Assembly (NCBI GenBank): GCA_001629255.1 | Contig: LURZ01000014.1 | Location: 1 to 62,079, forward strand | Length of the DNA stretch: 62,079 nucleotides | Source: Marine group II euryarchaeote REDSEA-S42_B7 | Lineage (GTDB): Archaea > Thermoplasmatota > Poseidoniia > Poseidoniales > Thalassarchaeaceae | Direction of reading: 5' to 3' | Part shown: positions 19,030-28,304 of the stretch, piece by piece | Position numbering within the stretch: position 1 is the first letter of the stretch | Layout of the letters: each line of letters begins with the position of its first letter | Made by a program: the position numbers and the translations under genes | The notes under the pieces: generated by a model | Told to the model about the DNA's origin: nothing | The model's database searches: none | The model's input: only the letters and a program-made list of their open reading frames with translations

Positions 19030-19419
19030 CTAATCTCTAGGCCACTTCTTCGATAGTGCCTTAATCAGCGACTCGTCCATCGTCGCATCCCACCAGTTAG
19101 CGCCTCTCCAGACCGCATACTTCCCCCTTATTCCTCTCATATCCGCTCCGTCCAGCCTCGCTCCCTGGAGGTTGGATAGGCCAAGCCTGGCCTTAACCAT
19201 TCTAGCCCCCCTAAGATCGGCACCATCCAGTGCTGCCTTCATCAGGTTAGTGCCCTTCAGTGACGCATTTCTTAGATCGGCACCAGAAAGATCCGCACCC
19301 TCCAGGTCGGCCCTATCTAGAATCGCCCTCCTTAGGTTGGCACCGGATAGGTCAGCTCCTCGCAAGTCCTCTCCAACATGCGACGTGAATGACCAGTCTT
19401 TGCTATCTCCTTCTGCCAA
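19030..19419 (-). CDS. pentapeptide-repeat protein
   Basis: Continuous A(D/N)LxG pentads: GADLSGANLRRAILDRADLEGADLSGADLRNASLKGTNLMKAALDGADLRGARM. The TTG start lies 4 nt after the upstream stop. Confidence 0.8.
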   Translation of the reverse strand: MAEGDSKDWSFTSHVGEDLRGADLSGANLRRAILDRADLEGADLSGADLRNASLKGTNLMKAALDGADLRGARMVKARLGLSNLQGARLDGADMRGIRGKYAVWRGANWWDATMDESLIKALSKKWPRD

Positions 19420-19423
19420 ATCC

Positions 19424-19981
19424 TCACCTCTTTAGAGACAACTGGTCAAGATGGTCTCTTCCCGCTTCAGTAAGAACCACGAAGGCATTCTTTCTTGGTC
19501 TTCTTCGAGGGTATTCCAGGAAAGATCCAGAACCACCAGGACCACCCTCGAGCATTCTCCCTATGTACAATGATACATTCCACTTCTTCACCGATCTCTT
19601 AGTCCACTTGCCGGTCTCTACAACTAGCCTCCTTATCTCCCTAGGAGGAGTATTTCCCTCTTTCTCAACAGACCTCATGTACTGTATCGCGGCCAGTATA
19701 ACATCAGACTTATTCTCGATTCCGCATGAGTCCAGTAGTCTGGCGAAAGAAGTCCCTCTATCCGGAAAGCCACTGGACCTGATCGCCTCAAGAGTCATCT
19801 CCATGGCCTCCTGCCTGGCAATTCTCACACGCGAGAGAGTTGAGGACCATGTATCCTGACTGGTAACCTTCAGCCATCTATCGCTTGCCTCCTTGGTGTA
19901 GTCAGCCAGATTGATGTCTTGTGAACCTAGTCTCAGAAAGAGCCCCCCGAGCTCCTTGTAGTCCTTCGCAGACATGATCAT
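19424..19981 (-). CDS. hypothetical protein, possible C-terminal winged-helix DNA-binding domain
   Basis: 185 codons. The C-terminal pattern REIRRLVVETGKWTKRSVKKWNVSLYIGRMLEGG...NAFVVLTEAGRDHLDQL resembles a wHTH. This is a pattern only, not a verified family. Confidence 0.55.
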   Translation of the reverse strand: MIMSAKDYKELGGLFLRLGSQDINLADYTKEASDRWLKVTSQDTWSSTLSRVRIARQEAMEMTLEAIRSSGFPDRGTSFARLLDSCGIENKSDVILAAIQYMRSVEKEGNTPPREIRRLVVETGKWTKRSVKKWNVSLYIGRMLEGGPGGSGSFLEYPRRRPRKNAFVVLTEAGRDHLDQLSLKR

Positions 19982-20007
19982 CCCTGCGTGATTTCACTTA
20001 TCAGGTT

Positions 20008-20026
20008 ATTTTTTTTTATATTTCTT
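20008..20026. promoter_or_regulatory. T/A-rich TATA-like tract in a divergent intergenic region
   Basis: ATTTTTTTTTATATTTCTT lies between the divergent starts 19981 (-) and 20089 (+), about 30-40 nt from the minus-strand ATG. Confidence 0.3.
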
Positions 20027-20088
20027 TAACATCTCGGGAACTGCTAAGTAGCCGTGAAATTCAAAGAGCGTCAGCATAACGAAACCCC

Positions 20089-20856
20089 ATGAGCGCGGAA
20101 TCTGGCGACGGCTATCCACTGGTTTTGCACTCAGAGGCCGACCCCTCCAAATTAGGCGGCACCGCAGTATGCGGCTTCTCAACCGTGGGATCTGTTGGAG
20201 TCATTGCGACATCCCATCTCATCAGCTCACTTCAGCTTAGCCCGATGGGCACTGTTCTCCATCCTCAATTTCCTGCAGTAGCCCTGATTCACGATTCTGT
20301 ACCCAAGCACCCTGTGAGAGTGTACCAGGGTGATGGAATTGGTGTTTTCACATCAGAAATCCAATTCACCAGCGAACACGACGTCTACTTTGCCAATACT
20401 GTTCTCGAGTGGTTCACCAAAGGTGGCTTCGACAGACTGATCGTAATTGATGGAGTCGTCAGCAACGACTTGGGGATTAAGGAGGACAGTGAACTTTGGG
20501 GGGTATCCTCTACATCGGTAGGTCGTGACCAACTTGACAACTCAAGCATCCAGAGAATTCAGCAAGGAGTAGTTACTGGAATAGCCGGATACCTCATCGC
20601 TGAGGGAGAAAGGAGAGGCTTAGACGTAACAGCATTACTGGCCGAGTGCAATCCCATGTACCCTGATGCAAGAGCCGCCATCATTGCAGTCGAGGGCCTT
20701 AGCGAGTTGGTGGGGCTAGAGGTCCCCGTCGAGGGTCTGCTAGAGGATGCGAGGAATATCGAAGAAAAAGTTAGGGAAGCCTTCGAGAAAGCTCAGTCGA
20801 ATGCTCTTCCTGCTCCTGACTCAGATGACGACGAAGACGATGTACCAATGTACTGA
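20089..20856 (+). CDS. PAC2-family proteasome assembly chaperone (PbaA/PbaB-like), paralog 2
   Basis: AVCGFSTVGSVGVIATSHLISSLQLSPMG...VRVYQGDG parallels paralog 1. The tail is acidic and ends ...DDEDDVPMY. Confidence 0.75.
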   Translation: MSAESGDGYPLVLHSEADPSKLGGTAVCGFSTVGSVGVIATSHLISSLQLSPMGTVLHPQFPAVALIHDSVPKHPVRVYQGDGIGVFTSEIQFTSEHDVYFANTVLEWFTKGGFDRLIVIDGVVSNDLGIKEDSELWGVSSTSVGRDQLDNSSIQRIQQGVVTGIAGYLIAEGERRGLDVTALLAECNPMYPDARAAIIAVEGLSELVGLEVPVEGLLEDARNIEEKVREAFEKAQSNALPAPDSDDDEDDVPMY

Positions 20857-21417
20857 TCAATAGAATGGATTGGTACCAGCATCGTGATCTGTCAGATCGA
20901 CAACTGCCGTGATTTCCGGAACCCCCTCTGTGATCATGACCTCTATCCCCTCCTTCAGAGTCACATCCACCATGCCGCAGCCCTGGCAACCACCTCCAAA
21001 TGAGATCATTGCCTTCCCGTCATCCACGCCTACGAGATCAACGTGGCCACCGTGAGCCGCGACAAGCGGATTCACCTTACTTTCTATTACCTCTGCAACG
21101 GACTTGGAGACTTCATCTATCCAGAGAGGATTTGGGTTTTCAAAACTGAATCCCCCGCCCATCAGCGTCTCCTTGTAGTCCAGAATAGTTCCGTCCAGAT
21201 AGGGAGCGCTCCTAGAACCAACGAAGACTACGAGACCGTCAACTTCCGTTTCGATGTCATCATCCAATGCATCATCACTTCCTATTAGTTGCAAGTCATA
21301 CTGGAAGCCCTTGGGTCCTCTTCCTAGTATCACGATCTTGAGTGCCACATCGTCCTCCTCCGCCTGTTCGGCGAACTTGTCCAGCATCTCCCGGGCCTTC
21401 TCGGTAATCTGTAGCAT
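20857..21417 (-). CDS. nfuA: Fe/S biogenesis protein NfuA (degenerate A-type domain + Nfu domain)
   Basis: The C-terminus [43 protein letters not shown] closely matches E. coli NfuA (AGHGGRVSLMEI...[23 protein letters not shown]). The N-terminus [12 protein letters not shown] parallels MIRISDAAQAHF. ATG 21417 is preferred over 21447. Confidence 0.85.
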   Translation of the reverse strand: [186 protein letters not shown]

Positions 21418-21497
21418 GGTTAGTTGCAGGAAACCCTCATTCTTCAACCTGTTCTTCTCTCAGACAAACTATTCACCTGACACCCAGCCCACTGGAC

Positions 21498-22496
21498 GTG
21501 GCACTAGACAGACTGGGCAGGCCTCTTAGAGACCTCAGGATCTCTGTTACAGATAGGTGCAACTTCAGATGCAGGTACTGCATGCCTAGGGAGGAGTTCG
21601 GAAAGGGCCACGACTTCATCCCAAAGACTGAGATCTTGTCATACGAAGAGATAACGAATTTCGTCAAAGCATGCGAACCCTTGGGGCTAAGAAAGGTGAG
21701 AATTACCGGCGGGGAACCTCTTCTAAGGAAGGACATCCACCATCTAGTCGGACAACTATCTTCCATGGATATGGAAGTCGCACTCACAACAAACGGGTCA
21801 CTTCTGGAAAATAACGCAGCAGACCTAGCCGAATCAGGACTCTCAAGAGTCACAATCAGCCTAGATGCAATTGACCAAGAGGTACATTCCAAAATAACGG
21901 ACTCTAAAGTCTCAGTTACAGATATCCTAGACGGAATCTCCGCAGCAATCAGATACGAACTGGGACCTGTGAAGATAAACTGCGTAGTGCAACGCGGGGT
22001 AAACGAGCATCAGATTCCCAAGCTAGTCAGAAAATTCAGAGGTACTGGCGTTATTGTGCGATTCATCGAGTTCATGGACGTCGGTAGCACAAATGGATGG
22101 ACACAGGGCCAAGTCGTACCGACTTCCGAGATTATCGATTTCCTTTCCAGTGAATTCGATCTTATTCCTTTAGGAAGGAAATCTGCTAGCGATGTGGCAT
22201 CCAGATGGGCCCACTCAGACGATTCGGGTGAGATCGGATTCATATCTTCCGTTTCACAACCATTCTGCGGAGATTGCGTGAGAGCCAGGCTTTCTTCCGA
22301 TGGCAAGTTTTTCACCTGCCTTTTCACAACCACTGGGCACGACATGTCCGCCTTGATCAAGTCAGGGGGGAAAACGGAGGTACTCACTCAATCAATAGAA
22401 GAAGTATGGTCTGCTAGGAAAGACAGATACAGCGAGGAACGCCCCTCGGTTGCGATCTCCCTTCCTAGGGTGGAGATGTCCTACATAGGCGGATGA
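21498..22496 (+). CDS. moaA: GTP 3',8-cyclase MoaA (radical SAM, molybdenum cofactor biosynthesis)
   Basis: LRISVTDRCNFRCRYCMP (CxxxCxxC), VRITGGEPLLR, and a C-terminal cluster FCGDCVRARLSSDGKFFTCLF. GTG start. Confidence 0.9.
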   Translation: MALDRLGRPLRDLRISVTDRCNFRCRYCMPREEFGKGHDFIPKTEILSYEEITNFVKACEPLGLRKVRITGGEPLLRKDIHHLVGQLSSMDMEVALTTNGSLLENNAADLAESGLSRVTISLDAIDQEVHSKITDSKVSVTDILDGISAAIRYELGPVKINCVVQRGVNEHQIPKLVRKFRGTGVIVRFIEFMDVGSTNGWTQGQVVPTSEIIDFLSSEFDLIPLGRKSASDVASRWAHSDDSGEIGFISSVSQPFCGDCVRARLSSDGKFFTCLFTTTGHDMSALIKSGGKTEVLTQSIEEVWSARKDRYSEERPSVAISLPRVEMSYIGG

Positions 22497-23797
22497 ATAG
22501 ACATAGCGGCCTCAACCACTGCCTCCCAAGGGGCCGCGGTCCTGAACGAAGGCTTTCCGTAACCGGAAACCGCGGCCACATGTCCGTTCTGCCTTAGCGA
22601 CTCAACAATCTTTCGTGGACTAGGGGGAGCACCAGTTCCAAGCCATGCGGCTAGGTCGTCCACAACAACCAGGTTGCAGGAATCAATCGCCTGCGACTCC
22701 TCGGCGAGGTGTCTGACGCTCTTGGCGATTCTTCTCCTCTCCTTTTCGAAGTCCTTCTGGCTCCAACCTACTGGATCATCGGGTATGAAGATAGGTCCAC
22801 AGCTCTCCAGTGCTCGTTCCTCAGACATTGAAGCCATAGCCCCCCTATCGCCGGTAGGTCCTGTCCATAGGGGACCAGATACGCGGGAGTCTTTCCTATC
22901 CACTGGAAAGTTGAGTGGAAGCATGCAGTGCATTGGAAGAACATCTCCTCCAGTTTCCACTTGTAACCCAGAATCAATTGAAGCGGCAACCTCCTCCTTG
23001 CGCGGGGAGAAAACCCTCCAGCCAATTCTTTCCTCCAATTCATTGGCCGCAGACACACTCTTCACGACCCTGAATGATACCCTAAGGTGATGAGAGTCCC
23101 AAACCGAAAGTAGTGGCTCAATCGCCCTATCGTGTCTGGCAGCTATTCTGGAGATACACGACAGCATCACTCTCATTCCAGAATCATGGGCCAGGCAATC
23201 AGTCCTTACTCTGGCACCATACCTCCTCATCAGAGCAGTTTTCGATGATCCAGTCAAAGCAGCGGTATCCGTGGCGCTGACCTCCATCACTCCACTTCTG
23301 GCCATGGACTGCATGGCCGAATCAACGAATGGGGCGGGTGAACCATATGGGTCGATGTCAATCCAGTGTCTTCCACTACTGAGAACTGCTGCTCTAAGGT
23401 CCCCCTGGAGGGTTTGCAAGTCCCCAACTCCATCGGATGGCGGGAACTCCTTGTGAGAGGACCTAGCCCAGTCAAGAGATTCTTTCTCCAAATCAACTAT
23501 TGTGGCTGAGATTCTAGACGATAACCCCCATGGTAACTCATTAAGCCATCTCCTTGCTCTGAGACCCGAGGCAGTGAGCCCATCGAGAGCGTAAACTGTA
23601 CCATCACCGAGCATGCCCTCTTCCATCGCATGTCTGAAGAGTAGAACGCTCCGAGTCCTACTTCCAGCCATTGCCGGATTGTAGAAAACCTCTCCAGAAG
23701 ACTTTGCAGATGGGCCCTGCGCATCCTCGGGAAGTTGGGGCAGAAGCATTAGCGTCCTTCCTTCGCGATGAGGGAAGGCCCCGTTGCCGAATGGCAT
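22481..23797 (-). CDS. trm1: tRNA (guanine26-N2)-dimethyltransferase Trm1
   Basis: VFYNPAMAGSRTRSV, ALDGLTASGLRARRW, IDIDPYGSPAPFVDSA are Trm1 blocks. ATG 23797 is preferred (TTG 23821 is an alternative). The 3' end overlaps moaA by 16 nt. Confidence 0.88.
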   Translation of the reverse strand: MPFGNGAFPHREGRTLMLLPQLPEDAQGPSAKSSGEVFYNPAMAGSRTRSVLLFRHAMEEGMLGDGTVYALDGLTASGLRARRWLNELPWGLSSRISATIVDLEKESLDWARSSHKEFPPSDGVGDLQTLQGDLRAAVLSSGRHWIDIDPYGSPAPFVDSAMQSMARSGVMEVSATDTAALTGSSKTALMRRYGARVRTDCLAHDSGMRVMLSCISRIAARHDRAIEPLLSVWDSHHLRVSFRVVKSVSAANELEERIGWRVFSPRKEEVAASIDSGLQVETGGDVLPMHCMLPLNFPVDRKDSRVSGPLWTGPTGDRGAMASMSEERALESCGPIFIPDDPVGWSQKDFEKERRRIAKSVRHLAEESQAIDSCNLVVVDDLAAWLGTGAPPSPRKIVESLRQNGHVAAVSGYGKPSFRTAAPWEAVVEAAMSIHPPM

Positions 23798-23837
23798 GGC
23801 CCCCGCAGGGCAACCCGACAAAAGGAATTACCAACGA

Positions 23838-24959
23838 TTAGTAGTGAGAGAATACAACTTCTGGGTCGGGATGTGTTACCCTTCTACCATTCGAGACTAC
23901 TCGTCCCACAATTCTACTTCCTGCGAGTCGTTTACTAATCCATCTCTCAGCCGAAGCAGCACATTCTTGTGATACGGCTACCACCATGCCCATCCCCATA
24001 TTGAAGGTCCTATGCATCTCCAGTGCGCTAACGGATCCGATTTCAGATATCCATTTAAACTCTGGATGGGGATTCAGCGGCATCTGTATTTCCCAACCCA
24101 GAGTACTGTGGAGACGAAGCAAGTTCGACAAACCTCCTCCCGTGATGTGCGCAATTGCCTTTATGCAATCTGGACCAATCACTCCACCCACTCTCCTTGA
24201 CTCCAGCACCAGCTCAACTACCGGATCAACGTATATCCTTGTTGGGTTCAAAATCACCTCAGCCAGAGTGATGGCTCCGTCTTTCTCAGAGAATCTTCTA
24301 ACCTCTCTGCAATCATGGCTTGGATCGAAAGGACAAGAGTCATCTAATATGCAGCCAGACCTCTCAATCACTGCTCTGACAAGGGTGAATCCATTGGAGT
24401 GAATCCCACTGCTGGGAAGGCCAATCAGTACATCCCCTTCCTCAAGATTCTCTCCTGTGATCCCCCCTCCTTTGGGAAACCACCCCAGTGCAGTTCCAGA
24501 CAGGTCTAGTTCCTTCACGATACCTGGTAGCGTAGCTGTCTCCCCTCCCGCCAATGTGACCCTTGCTAAATTGCATGCTTGAGAAAGAGAATAGCCCAAA
24601 GATGAGTGAACCTCTGGGTCTGCTTCTGGGACTGCGATGTAATCTACGAACGCAAGGGGCTCGGCCCCAACACAGATTAGATCATTCACGTTCATAGCAA
24701 CGCAATCGAAGCCCACACCACCCAATTGTCCTACTTTGCTCGCGATTTGCAATTTGGAACCAACGCCATCGGTCGCTAGTGCAAGACAAGAGTCACCAAA
24801 TTCGATAATCCCTCCGAATCCCCCTGGGAGGTGTACCGGAGCGCCAAGCTCACCTGGAGCTCTGCTAGAGGAGGCCAATGAACCGATCAGACTAGCCACT
24901 GCCTTGGCTTCTAGATCTATGTCGACCCCGCTAGACGCGTAGTCCATTGGCTCGTCCAT
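23838..24959 (-). CDS. purM: phosphoribosylformylglycinamidine cyclo-ligase PurM (AIR synthetase)
   Basis: YASSGVDIDLEAKAV, GGFGGIIEF, ALATDGVGSKLQIA, AHITGGGLSNLLR. ATG 24959 is preferred (TTG 25004 is an alternative). Confidence 0.9.
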   Translation of the reverse strand: MDEPMDYASSGVDIDLEAKAVASLIGSLASSSRAPGELGAPVHLPGGFGGIIEFGDSCLALATDGVGSKLQIASKVGQLGGVGFDCVAMNVNDLICVGAEPLAFVDYIAVPEADPEVHSSLGYSLSQACNLARVTLAGGETATLPGIVKELDLSGTALGWFPKGGGITGENLEEGDVLIGLPSSGIHSNGFTLVRAVIERSGCILDDSCPFDPSHDCREVRRFSEKDGAITLAEVILNPTRIYVDPVVELVLESRRVGGVIGPDCIKAIAHITGGGLSNLLRLHSTLGWEIQMPLNPHPEFKWISEIGSVSALEMHRTFNMGMGMVVAVSQECAASAERWISKRLAGSRIVGRVVSNGRRVTHPDPEVVFSHY

Positions 24960-25076
24960 AACCAGCCGCACAGAGACAGCAACTTCATTGTCTCGGAAGG
25001 ACAATCCTCAATCACTGGAAATTTTCTGACAAAAAAACCTCGTTTTTCGAACACTAGGGCTGTTTTTTTCCCCTTA

Positions 25077-25084
25077 TTTATAAA
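25077..25084 (+). promoter_or_regulatory. TATA-box-like element upstream of the ABC importer operon
   Basis: TTTATAAA sits within a strongly A/T-rich gap (poly-A and poly-T runs at 25033-25070). A second TCTATATG lies at 25102-25109. The start codon is at 25149. Confidence 0.3.
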
Positions 25085-25148
25085 GATAATAATCAATAAT
25101 CTCTATATGCACAATGTATTTCGCGGGGGCACGGATAGTGTGAACACT

Positions 25149-28100
25149 ATGTACAACAAGAAAATGATAGCAATGATGCTTACCCTGAGCATGCTAGCGG
25201 CTAGTCTCGCTGGTTGCGCAGGGGGGGATGACGACGATGACGCCGATTGGGCCATTTCGATGGCAAGCGATGTCGAGGTCGTCTGGGTGGAGTCCGGATG
25301 GGACCCCATCATCCCCAACCTGAATGCCGGCGAGATGTGTGACGTAATCATCTCGGCGATGACCAAGACTGAGGCACGCGACCAGGTCGTTGACTTCACC
25401 AGGGCTTACTACACAAGCAGCCAGGGTGTGATCGGCGGATCCGGCTCTGCGTCCATCAGTGATGTATCCGAGCTTAACGCCGCAGGGATAACTGTGGGTG
25501 TACAGTCCGGTACGACTTCGGACATCTTCGCCAATGGGGATGCCGATAACATGGCAAGCCTTCCAGATGCGACCGTTGTTGCATACGAGGACTTCCCATC
25601 GGTAATCGCAGCTCTGGACAACGGAGATGTCATGTACGCTCTGGGCGACGCACCTGTGCTCTCCCTAGAAGGCACACTGATGACCCAGTTCTCGGACGAG
25701 AACTTCGGGTTCGCAGTACGCGAGGACTCAGGGGAACTCCTAGACGCCCTCAACGTGGCAATCGGCGCAATAGTCGATTCTGGAGAGTACGACACAATCT
25801 TCCAGGCCTCGTTCGATGGTGCAGCAGTTCTCGCAGACGACACCACCACCGACACCGCAACGGCTTACCCAGCCTCACCCAGCGAGGGATCCACCTTGAC
25901 TGGAGTTCTGGAGTCAGGGCAGCTGAAGGTATGCACAGACCCGTTCTACCCGCCATTCGAGAGCTACGACGCGGACAACAACGTAGTCGGCTTCGATGCA
26001 GATGTGGCACACGCGGTGGTCGACGAGATTGCAGCTCACTACATGGGAACCGCAAACCCTGTGTTCGTGGCTCCAGTTGTGGCAACCACAATCAAGATCG
26101 GGTTCCTGAACGACGCTACAGGACCAATATCACAGTTTGCAGGCGCATTCACTTTTGCTTGGAATGCTGCTAAGGATGACTTGAATGCTATGGGAGACGA
26201 ATACGTCTTCGAGGTAGTAGAGGCAGACTCTGGATGCGATGGACAAATGGCCGCGACTGCGGCACAATCGTTAGTTGACGCTGGAGTGGTTGGTGTAGCC
26301 GGAGCAGCATGCTCTGGAGCATCAATAGGCGCCAATGCAGTCCTATCTGCAGCAGGCATACCAATGATCTCGTATGCGAGTACATCGCCTTCGCTATCTA
26401 GCGATGAAAACTACCCTCACTTCTACAGGATAGTACCAAGCGATGCATACCAGGCAGGGGTAATGTCCGAAATGGTCTCAGCAGACGGTCACACAAATCC
26501 AGCGATAATCCACATGGTTAACGCTTATGGAGCAGGTCTAGCCGATGCTTTCATCGCTAACTGGGATGGAGATGTCTGCCTGCAGGCAGGTTATGATGAG
26601 CAAGTCCAAGTGGACTTCCAAGCGCAGGTTCAATCTGTAATCGATGCAGGATGTGACTCAGTTGTTCTGGGATCATACTCGGCAGACGGCGCTCTAATCG
26701 TCGAGACCATGGCAGGAATGGGAGCCGTGCTCCCTACCTACAGTGCTGACGGAATGGCAGGCGAGAACGCGCTGGCCGATTACACCGCACCAGCAGCTGC
26801 AAACGGACTCAAGGTCACCAGACCTGCATCTGATCCCGCAAGCGCTGCTCCTGGTGGAGAATTCGCCGCCGCTTGTGCAGCCGCCGAAGCCTGCTCTGGC
26901 GGAATTTACCAGAACGAGGCGTACGATACGGTCATGATGCTGGGTCACGCTGCAATGCATGAAGACGGAGCGAACATGGCCACCCATATCGAAATGGTTG
27001 GCAACGGCTACCAGGGAGAGAGTGGTACTCACACTTTCGAGGCTAACGGAGAAGTGCCAGGTCTGTACTACGATGTGTGCACCTTCCACCACGTCCCAAC
27101 ATATGGTGAGTACTTCAACTGCGACAGAGGCTGGAACGCTGAACAAGGCATCCACGATGTTACGTGGGCCGGTGCTACAGTCAAGATTGGCTTCTTGAAT
27201 GACGCTACAGGACCGATTGCGGTTTACGCTGGCGGATTCGTAGCAGCTTCACAGATAGCTCTAGGACTAGCTAACACAATCGGATACAGCAATGGTGTAC
27301 AGTTCGAAATCGTATATGCTGACTCCGGTTGCGACGGTACAATGGGCGCAACGGCGGCCCAGACACTAGTCGATGCTGGAGCTTGGGGAGTAGTAGGAGC
27401 CGCATGCTCTGGGGCTTCTCAGGGTGCAAACGCCATCTTGGCAGCCGCAAATATCCCTCAGGTTTCCTATGCTAGCACAAGCCCGACGCTTGAGAGTGAC
27501 GAGAACTACCCTGGGTTCTTCAGAGTGGTACCCAGTGACGCTTACCAAGGATCAGTTATGGCAGAGGTAGTCGCCGGTGACGGTTACACGAATGTTGCTG
27601 TATTCCACATGGTTAATGCGTACGGGGCAGGACTAGCAGATACCTTTGTGCAGACAATCGGATCAGAGAATGTTTGCACACAGGTGGGCTATGACGAGCA
27701 GACCCAGGTTGACCACAGCGCCATGGTACAGTCAGCAATAGACAACAACTGTGACTCTGTGTTCATGGTTTCCTACGCTGCTGATGGAGCAGCTATTATC
27801 GAGGAACTAGAAACTCAGGGATTCTCAGGCCAGATTTATGGTGGAGACGGAATAGCCGAAGAGGGACTTGGTTCTGGAATGGCAGACAACAGTACACTGT
27901 CTGGAATCATTGCCTCGAAACCCCACAACCCCAACCCAATGGGCGACGTCGGAATGCTGTTCGCCTCTCTGTGCAATGCTAATCCAGCTTGCGCTGACGG
28001 AATCTACACTGCAGAAGCCTTTGATGCGGTTACAATCGTAGCTTTCGCTGCGTTCACCGCATTGGCTACTCCTAACCTAACAGCCGAACTCGCTGTCATG

Positions 28101-28292
28101 GGGACTGGACAGGGATGGAACGGAGCAAGTGGGACAATCTCATTCCTGACGAATGGAGATATCATCCCTGCAGGATTCTGCATCGGAGAGTTCTCGGTGA
28201 CAACCGACGCAACGGATGGAGTCAATACTGTCTCCTACGATTGCGCTAGGTACTGGGATCCAGAAAACGGTATCACCACCGCTACCGCTTGA
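25149..28292 (+). CDS. three-domain ABC substrate-binding lipoprotein (type-II polar-amino-acid-like domain + two tandem LivK/ANF-receptor-like domains)
   Basis: Lipobox LAASLAGCAGG. SBP_bac_3-like WDPIIPNLNAGEMCDVIISAMTKTEARDQVVDFTRAYY. Then two copies of (I/V)KIGFLNDATGPI...ADSGCDG...GAACSGAS.GANA.L.AA.IP..SYASTSP.L.SDENYP.F.R.VPSDAYQ. Confidence 0.88.
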   Translation: MYNKKMIAMMLTLSMLAASLAGCAGGDDDDDADWAISMASDVEVVWVESGWDPIIPNLNAGEMCDVIISAMTKTEARDQVVDFTRAYYTSSQGVIGGSGSASISDVSELNAAGITVGVQSGTTSDIFANGDADNMASLPDATVVAYEDFPSVIAALDNGDVMYALGDAPVLSLEGTLMTQFSDENFGFAVREDSGELLDALNVAIGAIVDSGEYDTIFQASFDGAAVLADDTTTDTATAYPASPSEGSTLTGVLESGQLKVCTDPFYPPFESYDADNNVVGFDADVAHAVVDEIAAHYMGTANPVFVAPVVATTIKIGFLNDATGPISQFAGAFTFAWNAAKDDLNAMGDEYVFEVVEADSGCDGQMAATAAQSLVDAGVVGVAGAACSGASIGANAVLSAAGIPMISYASTSPSLSSDENYPHFYRIVPSDAYQAGVMSEMVSADGHTNPAIIHMVNAYGAGLADAFIANWDGDVCLQAGYDEQVQVDFQAQVQSVIDAGCDSVVLGSYSADGALIVETMAGMGAVLPTYSADGMAGENALADYTAPAAANGLKVTRPASDPASAAPGGEFAAACAAAEACSGGIYQNEAYDTVMMLGHAAMHEDGANMATHIEMVGNGYQGESGTHTFEANGEVPGLYYDVCTFHHVPTYGEYFNCDRGWNAEQGIHDVTWAGATVKIGFLNDATGPIAVYAGGFVAASQIALGLANTIGYSNGVQFEIVYADSGCDGTMGATAAQTLVDAGAWGVVGAACSGASQGANAILAAANIPQVSYASTSPTLESDENYPGFFRVVPSDAYQGSVMAEVVAGDGYTNVAVFHMVNAYGAGLADTFVQTIGSENVCTQVGYDEQTQVDHSAMVQSAIDNNCDSVFMVSYAADGAAIIEELETQGFSGQIYGGDGIAEEGLGSGMADNSTLSGIIASKPHNPNPMGDVGMLFASLCNANPACADGIYTAEAFDAVTIVAFAAFTALATPNLTAELAVMGTGQGWNGASGTISFLTNGDIIPAGFCIGEFSVTTDATDGVNTVSYDCARYWDPENGITTATA
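26085..28289 (+). repeat. tandem duplication of a ~360-codon LivK-like binding domain (coding)
   Basis: Copy A runs ~26085-27160 and copy B ~27160-28289. The copies are colinear at protein level and still recognisable in DNA (aacgacgctacaggaccaat vs aatgacgctacaggaccgat). Confidence 0.8.
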
Positions 28293-28304
28293 TGGAAACG
28301 TAAA

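Noticed and set aside
10611-20856. Integrated mobile element or genomic island downstream of tRNA-Pro
   Set aside because: No integrase, transposase, phage or plasmid genes were recognised, and no repeat of the tRNA 3' end. Composition appears uniform. Only the synteny break itself is reported.
25005-25148. A/T-rich gap with ATCACTGGAAATTTT (mini-ORB-like) as a second origin candidate
   Set aside because: The dyad is imperfect (TCACTGGA), there is no G-string, and the A/T tracts are adequately explained as divergent promoters for purM and the ABC operon. It is kept only as a promoter annotation.
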